Counted from the stretch's first letter, positions 24,741 through 39,600 are shown. The stretch is 58,069 bases of DNA from Rhizaria sp. SCN 62-66 (GCA_001724265.1 MEDY01000168.1:1-58069); one strand, 5' to 3'. Numbers and translations are program-made. The notes: generated by a model from the letters alone, not told the origin.

Positions 24741-26451
24741 GCGCTGACGCGTCCTTGATCAAATTCAGGAGCGTGGACAATATGGCGTTTGTTGATGCAT
24801 GTTGCATGAACAACTCTGTAGCATAAGACCCTCAAAACATGAGTGATATTTGCACAAACGCATTTAACGTTATATGAGCCTCAAACACATTTTACAATAC
24901 TAATACAATCCAACGCACATTTATGTTTATTTTGTGAGACTGGGCGCTGTATTGATACATCATATGAGCACAACCATAATCAAGTGTGGAGAGAAGACTT
25001 GAGTTCTTGTGGAGTGGAGAACAGTGTGAGCAAGACCTGTCAACGGACTGTAATTCAGCTTGTAGCTGATTGTGCAGAGTATCACACTCTCACTGGCGAT
25101 CACACTGATGTGTTCCCAAACACGTAATAACAACGCTCTCAACTCTTCGAACAAGAGTAGTAGTATCTGGTTGAGTTCCCATTAAGCAGAGCGGCACATG
25201 TACAAGCACATGCGACTCTATCAAGAGATCACGTCAACTACAAATATTACTGGCATGAAAGGGTAGCCGAGAAGAGGAACGCAATTATCAGGAGTGTGAA
25301 CACAAAACAATGAGCTCGACAACAAGAGAAACGCGCGTCGCGACGAACTCGTCGGTTTTTTTCTTTCTTTTGGATTTTCTTTGGTTATTGATTTTGATGT
25401 CATGATTTTGCTTCGCTTTGGGAAGTGCTATTTCTGTTACTTTCTTGGTTTCACTTTAAACTGAACTTAAATAGAGTCGACATCACTCTGACCATAACCG
25501 TGCTTTTGATATCGGTCAAGTGCGGCGACACGAGGAGGCTCACAATAGGACGACGACGATGACGCAAAATGATGTTGATGTTGTTAACATTGTTGAAATT
25601 CAGGATGCAGTTAAAAAGTAAGAGAATTCTGTGGCAGGGATTGCCCAAGTTTGCGTTGCGATGGCATGGACTATCGCAACAGCGGGTAAGTGTTGCTATC
25701 TAAACATGAGAGGGACAGTGACTGACGTCAGCGTTCTAGCTGTCACTACTGCTTTCAATACTGTTGTGTTAGCCGTTTGCATCCGTGTTAGTTCGTGCTC
25801 GAGTTGGGATCGTGTTGCAATAGTAGCCAAAGACAGGTACGATTGTTCAAAACAAACGTTCATGTTCGCGAGTTACGAAAGCAATAATAGCGGGAGCTCA
25901 CAAGGAACTTACAAGTGAATGGACATCACGTAAGACGATGGAAAGGCTGTACAAAAGTAATGATAGTTGCGCATGTACAAATGATGATAAACAAACTAAC
26001 GCTTGAGATCGTAAGAATGAAGCACGTAAACGAGTACGTGACGAGAAAAAAATACTATGATTTAGTGCTAGCACGTTTCGCACAAAAAGAATTTAGCGAA
26101 TCACGACTGACAGATGATACAAAAAATAAACTGTTACAAAAAAGAAACAAGTGTGTACAAAGCCACTGCATGGTATACGGGTGCACAACGCTTGCAAGAT
26201 CGTGATGCGAGTGCGGTTGTGTCTCGACCTGCGCCTGAGCCAGTGCATCTGGGTGTGTGAGTGAGGGTGGGCAAGAAGGCCATGCAGTGGTTCTGCGTGA
26301 TAAAAATCAACAGCAGACACGCCATCAAGAAATAGCAGCGGCGACGAATGCTAACTACGTGCACGATTGTGGTATCACGCGTGAGTGCGGAGAAGCAGAT
26401 GAAAAAAAATAAGACGTGATGGTGAACATAGAATGATGGTCGACAACAGTA

Positions 26452-26600
26452 GAGTGGTTGGTTGAGTGAATGTGAGATAGTGATTGGTGAATAGTGTAAG
26501 TGAATGAGGGACAAAGTGAATAAAGGGAGGGACGAGTGAGTGATTGAGTAAATGAGGGAATGCGTGACTGAGGAAGGGACTAAATGAATGAACGAACGAG
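26452..26600. repeat. Degenerate tetranucleotide (GAGT/GAAT/GAGG) microsatellite
   Basis: Imperfect 4-nt periodicity (gagtgaat...gagtgagtgattgagtaaatgagggaat...gaatgaacgaacgagt). Confidence 0.7.
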
Positions 26601-28152
26601 TAATACAAGCAGCAGTAAAACTTGCCACACATGATGGTCTAGCAAAAAAAACTTAAAACAAAACAACAACAGAACATAACAAACAAAAGGAGACACAGCA
26701 TTACCTCAGACATAAAAAGACACAAAAACAGAGTAAGTATTGAGAAGTCATTGGATGCGACGCAGAAGCTGGTGACACCATGACGTGCAGGAAAAAAGCA
26801 AACAAAACAAAGACTTCTCAAAACAAACGCGAAAAAGACTTTAGCAGAATATAAGGACAGAGCACCAATGCGATGAACTTAGAATTGATACCAAGAGGGA
26901 GGAAAAGTGAGATGTGAGAGATAGCATTAGGTCAAAAAGACATGATTTGGGTGGGAGGGAGCGGGGGGATCGGCGGTGAATCGAGGACAGGAGCTAATAA
27001 AAAAGACAATTACAATTAATGATTACGAAAGCGAAAAACATGACGGTGATATGAAATGAAACGATGCCGTTGATAATGCCAGGGCCGCGTCGGCCACGCG
27101 TCCGGCAAATTTGTTTGGTTTGTTGCAATCAGCCGAAGCCAAAGAACAGCGGAGCCCCAGAAAAAGACGGCAGAACATACAGCAAACTCCCCTCAAAGAC
27201 ACCACACACACGCACACACATTCTCACTTATTACTAGTTTGATTGGACAGTAGCCACCGAGAGTCTGCAGTGGTCGATTGCATCCTCAGCAGTTCCGTAC
27301 ACGAGGCACAGACACAACGAAGAATGATAAAATAAAACTAGTGACACGAAAAAAAGAACCTCAAAAAAAAAATATGAAACAATAAAAACAGAGCATAACG
27401 GGAGGACGAGTATTGTGTCATACCCAAGATATACCGAGACTTGATCAATAGTTAAGAATTGCAAACATGCAACACTTGCCATCAAATGCAACTATCGCAA
27501 CGTTCAGCAACAAACGAGAAAACAAATCCAAAAAAGCAAAACATATACACACAAAAATATACAAGTTATAAAACCGAGAGATGCAAATAACGTTAGCAGC
27601 GCACACCAGGTTAGATTGGAGTTAATACGTTTAGACGATGGCTAGAGTTTGCGGTTAACCTTAGCAAGAGCAAACCAAGCACCAAAAAACAACAAGTACA
27701 CACAGCTGAAATTAATAATTATAATGAGCATATCAGATAACAACAGAGACTCAAGTCGAGACACTTCTATCTATAATTTGTACGAGCGGCAATCAGAAGC
27801 CACCGTGATCACAGCAACAGCAACAGCAACAGCAACAAGGGCCAACAAGGCCACCGACAAGCCTTGCCAGAGGCCGGGACAAGAGCACGGTAGAGTCTCC
27901 GTGTCAGCGGCAGATCGATCCAGAGATATTGGCCGCTCTCTATAGCAGCTGAGAAGAAAGCAAAGCTGAGCTGGGCCAGATTACACTGCACACATGGACT
28001 GACGGACTGACACTGATTTGAGATGATATGAACGAAGCTTAGCGCATAAGTTATTAGCAAGCACGCGAGCGCGCGACGCAGCCAGTCAAACTGCACGCGC
28101 CGCCACCCGCATGAATTCGCTTCCCATTAAGAGAACTATACGGAGCGACGGC

Positions 28153-28463
28153 TTAGCCCCGCGCCCGCTTGGCCGGCCGGCCCGGCGGGCGCTTGCCTGG
28201 CGGGCGGGTAGGCTTGCTGTTCACAACATCCAGTTTCTCATGTTCCACAGCAGCAGCAACAGCCGCAGTTGCAGCCGTCGCCGCAGGGTTGGGGTGTTCG
28301 GTGGCCGCGGTGGCGTCGGCGTCGGCGTCAGCAGCGCTGTCGCCGGTATACTTGTCTTCGTCGTTGTCAATCATCGGACTGGAGTGGCTGCTCACCTCCG
28401 TCTCCGCCTCAGCCTCCGCCTCATCGTGGCTGTGGCCGTGGCCGAGGTAGCCGTCGTCGTGCC

Positions 28464-28495
<32 letters not shown>

Positions 28496-30510
28496 ACGAG
28501 GCCCTCGGCGTCGACCTCCGGCAGCAGACTGCCGCCGTCGTCATCTTCGTCCTCGTAGTCGCTCTCGCCGGCGTCGTTGCCAGCTTTGGCACTGACGGCA
28601 TTGCTAGCGTTCGAGTTCGACGCGGCGGCGGCGGCAGCAGCCATCGCCGCCGCCACGGCCGTCGCGGCCGCAGGGCTGTTGCTGGGGGCGTGGCCTTGAC
28701 CGTGACCGTGGCTTTGGCTGTGGTTGCGTGCGGCCGCGGCGACTGCGGCCTCGGCGGCCGCGGTGGCGGCGGCGATCACGGCACCGGGGCTGTTGTTGTT
28801 GCTGGGGTTGGCCGAGTACCCACTCACGTTGCCGCTGTTGCCGCTGTTCAAGCCCACACCTGCGTTGTAGGCGGTGGCGTGCGCGTTAGCGTGGCTGACC
28901 ACGCTCGGGCCGCTGCTGCTGTTGCTGTTGCTGTTGCTGTTGTTGTTGTTGTTGTTGTTGCTGGGCGGCGCGGGCTGGATAGCACCCGACTTAAGCAGCG
29001 GGCGCCAGATGCGGACGCGCGCGTTAATGAACCAGTAGTTGACCTGCTTGATGCTGAGCCCGGACTGCGCCGCCAGCTTGGCTTTCTCATCGTCCGTCGG
29101 GTACGGGTGCGAGAAGTGCTCGTAAAAGAAGTTGTTCAGAGTCGCCACGGCCTAATCAACACGAAAATAAGAAAAACAAATTTAAAGAAATATCGAAATG
29201 TGATATAATATAAAAAACTCAAAACATACGATACTCAAGAGTAAGGCTAGTGATCATAAGTCGACATACCTGACGCGAAAGCATCGCGCGCTTCAGCGAG
29301 CCGCCAGCGCCGCCGCCGCCGGCGACAGCGCCCTCGGCCTCAGCGGCGGCCGCGGCGGCGCGGGCACCGGCAGCAGCGGCGCCCGCGCTGATGTTGTTGG
29401 CCACGTTCACGTGCACGCGCGTGCCTGCGTGCGGTGACGGCACCGAGGGGTAGCGCACCTGACTCGCGGCCACAGCGGCGGCGGCCGCGGCCGAGTTGGG
29501 GTACTTGGCGGGCTGCCCAGTCAACGTCGCGGCGGCCGCGGACTGGGGCACGGGGACCTTGCCGGCTAACAGGGCCACGATGTCGGTCGCGCTCGCTGCC
29601 GAGGCTGGCACACCAGCGTTGACTCCACCGCTGGCGCTGCCGCCGCTGCCGCTGGCGCTGCCGTGGCTGAGTGCGGCCACTGCGTTGTTGAGGCGCGAAA
29701 AGAGGGTCGTGTCGGCCGGGTCCCCCATCTCAGCGCCGGCGCCGGCGCCCGCGGTCTGCGAAGGAGGCTGAGACTGCAGCAGTAGCTGGTCCCCCGCGGC
29801 GACGGCAACGGCTGCCTTCGCGGCGGCCTCGGCCTCGGCCTTGGCCGCCGCGAGCGCCGCCATGCGCGCGGTCGTGGTGCCAGCGGGCCGACCAGACTGC
29901 CGCGGCAGTCCCGCCGCGGCGCCCGAGGCCAGTTGCAGCGGCACTGAGACGCTGGCAGCGCCCGCGGCCGCCGCGGCGGTGGCTCTCGCGAGCGCGCTCG
30001 CGCGCAGCAGGAGCTTGCTTTTGGCGGCTTTGCCCTTTGTCAGCGCGCCGCGGGCGAGCGCGCGCATCTGCGCTTGCGCCTGCGCCTGCGAGGAGGCGCC
30101 GCCGCGCGGCAGCGTCTGCAGCTGTGTGTTCAGCTGCGCCTGCTGCTGCGCACCGAGCCCTAGCGCCTGCGCCTGCGATTGCTGGCCCGCGCGCTGGATC
30201 TGCGCGTTCAGGGTCGCGCGGGCCTGCGCCTGCGCCTGCGTCTTGAGACGCGCCTGCACCTGCGCCTGCGCCTGTGCCTGGGCATGTGCCTGGGCCTGCG
30301 CCTGCAGTTGCAGCTGGGCCTGAGCCTGAGCCTGCGCCCGCGCCTGGGCCTGGGCGATTGCCTGGGCCTGCGTGATGGCTTGGTACTGCTGCAGAGCGAG
30401 GAGTTGCTGCTGTTGCTGCTGCAGCTGCAGCTGCTGCTGGCGCTGCTGCTGCTGGAGCAACTGGTCCTGCTGCTCGTTGTATTGTTGCTGTTGTTGCTGC
30501 TGCTGGAGCA

Positions 30511-30546
<36 letters not shown>

Positions 30547-31233
30547 AGAGGTTGCCCGGGGCGGCGACGCCGGCGCGCCCCGCAGCATTGACAGCCGCGA
30601 CGCCGTTGGGACCGGCACTCATGTGAGGGCTACCGCCGGTGGCGTTGGCAATGCTGTTGTTGCCGTTGCCGTTGCTAGCCGCACTGCCGCTGCTACTGTT
30701 GTCGGCCGGGGTGAACGCGAAGGCAACGACGCGCTGCAGCTGCTGCAGCGTCTGCGTCAGCGTGGCCTGCTGCTGCTGCAGCTGTTGCACCGCGGCGACC
30801 ACGATCGCTGGCGTGCCAGGGACGGAGCCGGCGAGCGTGAGCAGCAGTTGCTGCTGGTGCGTGATCTGGGTCAGCTGCGCAAACGCCTGGCTGGCCGCAA
30901 CCTGCAGCGCGGTGACAATGACCGCGTCGTGTGCGGTGTAACCGCCGCCGCCGCTGCCGCTGTTGCTGCCGTTGTTAGAGCTCGAGCTGTTGTTGCTGCC
31001 GCTACCTGGCGCGGCAGCGGACTGATTAGTCATGTTGCCGGCCGCGCCGGAGTTGGCGAGCGTGTTCAGGTTGGTCGGCGGGGTGCCACAACTGCCGCCC
31101 CCACTGTTGTTGTTGTTGTTGCTGTTGCTGTGGGTTTGAGCGAAGGCCTGGGCAGCGAGCGCAGTCAGGCTCGCCGTCGTGTTGCTGTTGCTGTTGTTGT
31201 TGTTCGTGTTGTTGGCCACTGGGCCGCGACCAA

Positions 31234-31264
<31 letters not shown>

Positions 31265-32440
31265 TTGCAGTTGATGCAGGATCAGCTGCTGTTGCTGCTG
31301 CGGTGACAGTTGCGACAGCTGCGCCAACAGCCCCGCCGCGCTGGCGCCGCCGCCAGCGAGCGCGGCGGCCACGGCGGCCGCGTTGCCGTTAGTCAAACCG
31401 GGAGCGCTGTTGTTACCGGTACCGTTGCCGTTGCCGTAGTAGTAGTTGTTGTTGCTGAGCGTCGTGACCAGAGAGCTCGGCGTCGTGAGCGTAGAGCTGG
31501 GAGCTGACTGCCCAGACTGCCCAACACTCGCTGAGCTGGCTGAGAGGGCCGAGGGCAAGGACAGATGCGCCGAGGCGGAGAGCGGGGGCGCAGCGGCGGC
31601 CAGCAACAGCGCGGAGGCCACCGAGGCCGAGCCCGCTCCCGTCGAAGACGACGACGGGATCGCAGACAGGACGGCAGACGGCAGCGCCGAGGCGGAGGGC
31701 ACTGCGGTGAGGATCGCGGGGGACACGCCCACCGACGCGGCGCCGTCCAGCAGAGCTCCGACAGCGGCACCGTTGCCGGCGACAGAGCCAGAGCCAAGGC
31801 CGGCAGCGTTAAGCAGACGCGGAGAGACGTTCGAGGCGCTGCTACCGAGGCTGCCGAGTCCGACGTTGTTGGCGGCGCCACTGAGGAGCCCGACGCTGTT
31901 AGCGCTGGTGTTGGAGCGCGTAAGCGTGGCGAGCGTGTCGGCGAGCCGCGCGCGCTTGGCAATCTGCTCGATGTTGGCGGCGTCGTCTGCGGCTGAGGGG
32001 ACGAAGGAGCCCGGGACGGGAGGAGCGGAGGAGAAGGAGCCTGAGGACCCCGCGGAGGCCGAGTAAGGGGACGCGGGCACTGCGCCGCCGCTGCCGGACG
32101 CCGCCCCGGCGTTACCAGATGCAGGGGCGGGCGCAGAGGTGAAAGCGTTGGCAGCGCCGTTGGCGGCGGCGGCGGCGGCGAGAGAGGTCATTGAGGGCGT
32201 GAACGGATTCAGGGATGGGCGTGATGACGTGGCGGCGAGAGAGGAAAGCGCAGAGTCGGGCGTCAGTGCAGCGGGCTTGACAGAGACGGCGCTGTGCTGC
32301 AGGCCAGGGGTGCCGCCGCTGTCAGATGATATATCGGCCGGGGGGCGCGAGAAGAGCGGCGCGCGGGCGGCGGCGGGCGAAGGCGGGCTGAGGGAGCTGT
32401 CGGCATAAGGTCGCGGGGTCAGGTGGGGGGGCGCAGCCAT
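28153..32440 (-). CDS. TALE-class homeobox transcription factor, ~1389 aa; exons 32440-29270 and 29151-28153
   Basis: Splicing of intron 29152-29269 (GTATGT...ATTAG) gives [61 protein letters not shown], with the TALE HPYP loop and WFINAR helix 3. Poly-Q and QA tracts. Stop is TAA. Confidence 0.93.
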
Positions 32441-33669
32441 GCGGCGGGGAAACGGGGGCGCGGCGCGACGGGACGGAAACGATGGGAAAGGCCGCGTGGG
32501 AAAGGGAAAAGATCGTGGGGTCGGGCGCGGGTGCGGGGGTAGAGAGGAAAGTGCTTGGCGAGACGTTTGTCAAGCTCTGACTCGTGAGCAGCACTGTTTA
32601 GAGGAAGAATAACGACAGAAAATGCATAGGAGGTGAGATGTGACAGAGGCAGACAGATACAACAAGAGTGAATCTGCTGTTTCAAATTAGTTAAGCTGAC
32701 ATATAGCGACTGCGCGCGGCGTGACGTGAGCGTATTGTCGACCGTTGGTGTGGAAGAATGTTGACAAGGACGATATTCGCGAAACGAGAATAAACGACTT
32801 CCCCAAGTGCGTTACACAAAAACTAAAGACAGATCTGTACAGAAAACCCACTAATGCACCTAAATTAGACCTTTTAGCACTGCCAACCGTGCGCCGGACA
32901 ACGGTCTATGCGGGGCAAAAAGTGGACAACCAGCCAGGTCAGCCAGTGCCTCTGTCTTGGCCCTTGTCGACGAGACAGCAGTGCGCCCTCATCTGCCCAC
33001 GGTCACCAATCGCGTCATTCTGGCAAGCTATTCGCGTTTTTATGCGGTATATCTGCCCTGCACAATGAGCGCGTGGATTGATTTTGATAGCCCTTTCTAT
33101 AGATATATTTGAACAAGTTCCAGCTCTGCTCCCCGATATCTATTTCTCGAGGGAGCTCAGTCGAACGGGCCGCGACCGCTGTGGATAGATGTCGGGAGCA
33201 ATAAAGACTGTGCATTAACCACGTGCGTTATTTATTCAGACTAAGACAATTGTATAGATATCTCACTCGCGACCAGCCTGCTGCCGATAGAAAGGATCGA
33301 CCGTGTTTGCCTCCTGTTGTCCGAACTTATTTTTTTGCACCCCGGACTAGGTCGGCCGGCTTGCTGGACTGACTGACAGAGCGTAACGGCCATAGGTGGG
33401 AGATATATTCAAAGCAGGGATGCCCAAGAGCAAGACGAATCGCAATTTAACTATATGATAACGTTTATTGTAACACATGCTGCCACTGCTATACATCTTT
33501 ATCAACGACAGTTCCGCTTTGCTATATCTCAGAACATCTTCCGACCTGTGCCTCTTGACTCCAACAGCTTGCTTTCTTCTCCAGAGGCATCTAGCCCCTT
33601 ACTATTCATTTGTTTTTACACATCGACCGGACGACAGAATTGCCCGTGCACGCAGCGCGCCACTGCCCG

Positions 33670-36600
33670 ATGCTGTCCGCTCCGTCGCGTCCGTCCGCGC
33701 CGCCCGCGGCCGCGCCCCCCGCGGCCCCTGTGCACCGCGCCCAGTTCGAGGCCCACGACCGTTCTCTGACCGATCTCGCCCCGGCCTCGGGCCTCTCCTC
33801 AGACGAGGCCGAACTGTCCAAACTTCTCACGGGGCTTGCCCGCAGCTCTCGCACCGGCGCACCCGCGTTCCTCACGCTCAGCGCAGCTGGGACCGGGCTG
33901 GCCTCGCTCGGCGCCGTCGCGCGTTTCCCGCTCGTCGAGAACGTCGACGTCTCCAACAACGCGCTCGAAGACCTCTCGCCGCTCGCAGCGCTCACACAGC
34001 TTCGCAAGTTGAACGCGAGCGGGAATAAGCTCGCCGAGCTCCTCCGCGTCCTTCCTCTTTCGAGCACCAGCAGCGGCTGGAGCAACAGCGAGAGCGCGAG
34101 TGCGTCCAACTCACCCGCGCTGTCGAGCATGCGCCTGCGCCCGTCCCAGCCCCAGCAGGCTTCGTCCTCGTCCGCGTCCTTGCCGCCGCGGCCGTCGTCG
34201 TCGCTGTCGCTGCTGACGGACGCGGACTTTTCCCACAATGGGATCCACGTCATCCCAGACCACGTCGCAGCCTTCCCGGCGCTCGCACGGCTTAACTTGC
34301 GCTCCAACTCGCTCGTGTCGCTGCACAACACGGACTTGCTGCCCGCTCTCACGCACCTGGACGCCACGGCCAACGCCATCTCAGACCTGGCCGACTTCCA
34401 GACGTGCCCGCGCTTGTCGGTGCTGCTGCTGGCGCAGAATAGCATCGACCGCCCCGCCCTGCCGCCGCTTCCGGCGCTGCTCGCGCTGGACCTTTCGCAG
34501 AACCGCATCTCCACGCTGGATGCGCTCACGCCCGCGTACCTCCCGCGGCTGCAAGCGCTGAACCTGGCCGGCAACAGCATCGCGCGTCTGGACGAGGTTG
34601 CGCGCCTGGCCGCGCTATCGAACCTCGCGTCGCTCGACCTGCGCCACAACCCCGTCACGCGGCTGCCCAACTACCGCCTCCGCGTCATCTGGCTCTGCCA
34701 CTTGCGCCGCCGCGCGCTGCCATCCGCCTTCCCCGTTGCCATCGCGTCCCCCAGTGCCTCGGCTGCCGCCTCCACGCCCACCAGCGCCAGCGCGAATGCC
34801 AGCGCGAATGCTAGTGCGAGCGCCATGGTCGAGGGCGGGCTGCGCGTGCTACCGGCCCTGGCAGCGGCGCCCGCGCCCCCGGCGTCCGCCGCCGCCTCCG
34901 CCGCCGCGCGCGGGCTGCTGACGCTCGATGGCGTCCCCGTGACGGCGGAGGAGCTCACCGAGGCGCGCGCGCTGTTGGGGGATGAGGACTGTCTCCGCGC
35001 GGTGCTGCATAACCACGTCTTCGCGCTTTCTTCGGGCATGAACAGTAACTGCGCCACGCTCAACAACACCGCGCACACGAACGCCGCTGCCGCGGCTGCG
35101 GGCGCGCAGACTGAGGACGCCGCCGCCGGTTCAGCCGATGGCGGGCCTGCGAGCGGTGCGGGCTTCAGCGCGAGTGTGATGCCCGGCAGCGTTCACACCC
35201 TGCCGGGTCTGCTCTCACTCACGCAGCCGCTGGCTTCGAACGGTAGCCATGTGAGCAACAGTGCGAATATCAGCAACACGGTGAGCGAGAGCGGTTTTGT
35301 GGCCCACTATCCGCAGCTCAACAGCAACGCCGCCCTGGGCAGCACCACGACCCTGGCCGCCGTCATTGCACAGACGATCGCTGACTTTGCCCCGGACCCG
35401 GTCGTCACTAGTGCGATCCGCTCCCTCACTGCGCTCAACGCGAGCAGCATCGCGAGCCACAATAGCTGTTTCAACATGAACAGTCACAGTGCGAATACCA
35501 AGGCGTTCCCGGTGCCGACCGCCGCCGAGGCTGTCGCGCTGGCCGCCGCGGCCTCGACCGCGCGCGCGACCCGTCCACCTGCGCCGCCCGCCGCCTCGGC
35601 CGCGCTGGCCTCGTTCGCGAGCCACATGTCCCCGTCGCCGGCCTCGGCGGCCTCGGTCTCGGTGCCCGCGGCCGCGCTGATCGCCAGCTCCGCCGCCGCC
35701 GCGGCCGCGACGCCCGCCGTGTCGGCCGCGCTGGGGGCCTCGCTGTGGGGCCGCGCGGGCGAAAAGGGGCTGTTCGCGCGTTGGGAACGCGTGGTTGCGC
35801 TCGTGAGCGCGTACGCAGAGGCCAAGAAGAAGACCAAACTGCCGCCCACGGAGGAGCCAGCCAACGCCAACGGCGGGCTGCCGACGGTGCACCTGACGCT
35901 GTCTGACGTGCACCTGGGCCCCGTCGCGCTCTGGGTGCTGTCCCGCGCGATCGCGACGCGGCGCATCCCCGGCCTGACAGCGCTCGACCTCTCGGGCTCC
36001 TTTATGCCGCCCATCCTCGTCCACGGCGCGAACGCCGGCGCCAGCACCAGCAGCAGCACCAACTCGATGAGCAGTGCGAACTTGAACATCGCGAGCAGTG
36101 CGAGCGGGAACAACGCCGCTGCCGGTGCTGCTGCTGCGGGCGGTGTCAGCAAGGTTGCCGCTGCCTCTGCGGCTGCGCTAAGCGCTCTCGCTGCCGCCGT
36201 CGCCGCCGCCGCTGGCTCTGATGGCAACGGCGATGGTTTCGAGTCTGCCGACAGTAATCACAATGGCGGCCCTGGTGACGACGACGACGACGATGCTGCC
36301 GCTGCCATCGTCGCTGCCACGATCTCAGCCGCCGCCTGCGCCGCCTCAATTGCCTCCGCTTGCCCTCCCCAGCGCCTCCGTAACAATAGCGGCATCAACA
36401 ACAGCAGCAGCAGCACCGCACCCGTGGCCGTCTCCGCGTCGTCCCTCGCCGCGACTGTGGCCGCGTCCGCGTCGGCCACGCAGGGGTGGGAGCGCGCGTT
36501 GGGCGGCGCCACGGGCTGGCGCGCGCTCACCTCGGCGCTCGCGCTGCGTCCCTCGCAGACCATGACCTCTCTGCACACGCTCAAGCTCTCACGCTGCGGG

Positions 36601-39600
36601 CTCGGCGGCCCCGCCTGGGGGCTGGCAGCCGCGGAGGCGCTGGCTGCGTTTGTGGCGGCCTCGCGGTCGCTCTCGGTGCTCGTGCTGGCGGACAACGCGT
36701 TTGGCGTGCACCTCGTCGCGCCCACCACCGGCGCCGCGGCGGGCCTCCTCGCCGACGGCAGCGGCTCCGGCGGCGGCTGGGACGGCGACGACCACTGCGG
36801 CGGCGACGGCACAGCCGTCTCTGTCTACGGCGGCGGCGGCGCTGGCGCGGGCGCGGGCGGGAGCCGGGCGATGACGCGGTCGTCGTCGCTGGCGTCGCTG
36901 CTGCACGCCGTGCCCGCGCCCGCCGCCAACACCGTCGCCACGCCCTACAACAGCGGCAACAGCGGCGGCAGCGCTAACCCAGGCAGCGGCACTGGCTCCC
37001 CGGCCCCGGCCCCGGCGCCGCTGTCCGCGTCCTCGTCCGCGCTCGCGCTCAACGCGCGCGCCAACACGGCGAACAGCAGCAGAAGCAACAACGCCAACGC
37101 AGTGCTGGGCTCCGCACCTGTGTCACTGCCCGCGGCCGTGATCGCGCCCTGCCCCGGTCTGCGCCTGCTGTGCGCGGCCGTCCTCCTCTCTAAGTCGCTC
37201 ACCTCGGTGGACCTCTCGCGCTGCCATATTGACGACACGGGGGCGGAGTGCATCGCGGCCGTGCTCGCGGACCGCGGCGCGCGCGTGCGGAGACTCACGC
37301 TCGACGACAACGCCATCCACGTGCGCGGCGCCGTCGCGCTGGCCAAGGCGCTCGAGGGCAACACCACGCTCGTCGCGCTGTCCATCGCCGCGCACACGCC
37401 CGCGGTGCTCGCGCTGCAAACCGTGCCGTCGCCCTCGAGCTCCAGCTCCAGCTCCAGTAACTCTACCTCTAGCGCCAACGCCAACTCTGGCTCTGGCTCC
37501 GGCTCGAACGGCACCGCTACCGCGAGCCTGTCTGCGCAGTCGGCGGCGTTCCCGCCTTTTACGAGCGCGAACAGCCCCGCCTCGTTCAACAACAACGCCA
37601 GCGGCCCCGTCAGCGGCAGCAGCGGCGGCAGCGCGGTGGGCGGCCAGTCGACTGCGGCGCAGTGCCTGGACCGCACCGAGTACGCGGCGCCGCTGCGGCC
37701 GCTGCCGTGCGCGGGCGTGTGCGCGCTCGCCGGCGCGTTGGCAACGCACAACGACACGCTGACCGAGCTCACGCTCTCGGGCGCGCACTGCGGCGACCGC
37801 GGCGCGCGCGCGCTCGCACGGGTGCTGCACCGCCGCGCCGCCAAGAGCGCCGCCGCGGGCCAGAGTTGTGGCAGCGGCAAGAAGAAGAAGACGGCCTGTG
37901 GTGCCGACGTGTCCGCGCGGACGCTGACTGGCGCGCACGTGCACGGCGACGCGCCCCTGCTGCCGCCCCTCTCGCCCTCCAAGTCCCACGGCAGCGTCAA
38001 CTGCGACGCCAGCATCGAGCACCACGGCAGCAACAACGCTGTCTACACTCTGGCGCCGCAGCGCCTGAAGTCTTTGTCGCTGTCTTGCTGCGGTATCGGC
38101 CCCAGCGGCCTCCGCGCGCTCGCCGCCGCGCTCGCCGCGGTGCCGCCCGCGCAGGCGACGCTCACGGTGCTGGATCTGGGCGGCAACCTCTGCGACGCCG
38201 CTGCCGCCGCCACGCTGGCCGCGACCGGGGACGTTGCCGTCGCCGCCGCCGCCGCCGGGACGGACCCTGACGACGCGCTCGCCGCCGCCGCCGCAGCCGC
38301 CAACGCCGCCGCCGCTGCCGCCGCCGGGTCGTCGTCCTCGGGCTACGGCTACGGGTACGGCTCTTCGTACGCCGGCGGCTACAACAGCGGCACTGGGCTC
38401 GCCTCCCCCGTGTTCGGCGCCGTCCCGGTCACGCGCCCCACGACCTCGGCCTCCGTGTCGACCTCCGTGGCAGGCGCGGGCGCTGGAGTCGTCTCCGTCA
38501 CCGGCGCGACCCCGCGCAGCGTCTACGGCACCGGGTCCGCCGTGGCTCCTCCCTCGCTCAACCTCGGCCCCTCGGTCAGCAACACCGCCAACAACGCGGG
38601 CGCCGTGGTGAGCTCGGCGCTGCAGCCACAGCACGGCAGCATCGGCCTCGCGCGCCGCGGTTCGCTGCCGCGCAGCGCCGTTGAGCTGGGCGCGCTGGCG
38701 CTTTCGGCGCACGCCGCGGCCGCGCACGCCGCCGGCGCCGCCTCGCCCGCCGCGCCCCCCGCGGCCACGCCGGCGGCCGCCGTCTCCGCCGCGGGCTCTC
38801 TGCTCGGCGGCGGCGCGCCTTTCGGCTCAACCAGCCCCGCCGCGGGCGCCGGCGCCTCCGGTTCCGCCGCCGCCGCTGCCGCCGCGCTGGCGATGGGCGC
38901 GGCAGTCCCCCGCGCGCGCGACGCGCCGCTGCCGCTGCTGTTCCCTGCGTCCTCCGCGCGCCCGCTGCCGCTGCCCGCGCACCAGCAGTGGCTGCACGCC
39001 GCCCTGGCGCCTCCGACGGCGCTGATCGACCCGCCCGCGCTCGACGCCGCTGCCGCGTGCCTGCTCCGCGCGCTGCCCGCGGCGCCGCTACTGTCTACTC
39101 TCTCGCTCGCGGGGCTGCCCGCGGGCCCGCAGACGATGCTGGCGCTAGCCGCGCTGCTGCCGCTGCACCCCGCGATAGCCACGCTGCGCCTGGGTCCCAG
39201 CACCGCCGCCGCGGCCGACGCCGTCACGGCCGCGGGCAGCCTCCGCGCCGCCGCCGCGGCCGCCGCCGCTGCGGGCGCGGGCCGCGACGCGCTGCTGTCC
39301 CCGCGCGGGGCCGGCGGCGCGGGCGCGAGTGGCGCCAGCCTGGGCCCCAGCGCCGTGGCTGTCGCCGCGTCGGTTACACCCGGCCAGCGAATCCGCCGCG
39401 CGACCTCGGTGCCCGCCGCCAGCTCCAGCTCCGGCGCAGTCCCGGTCCCCGCCGCGGTCGCCGCTGCGGGCGGCGGCGGAGTGCTGTTCGGCGGTCACGC
39501 GGGGCTCAACGTCAGCGGGCTCGACGTCGAGGACGGCAGCGCGAACCCCAGCCCCAGCCCCAGCGACGACGACGATGACAGCGCCGCCGCCGCTGAGGAG

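Noticed and set aside
24741-28152. Short ORFs in the 3.4-kb gap between convergent genes
   Set aside because: AT-rich, strand-skewed and microsatellite-containing; no domain seen. Most likely 3' UTR/intergenic. I did not check every frame exhaustively with TAG read as sense.
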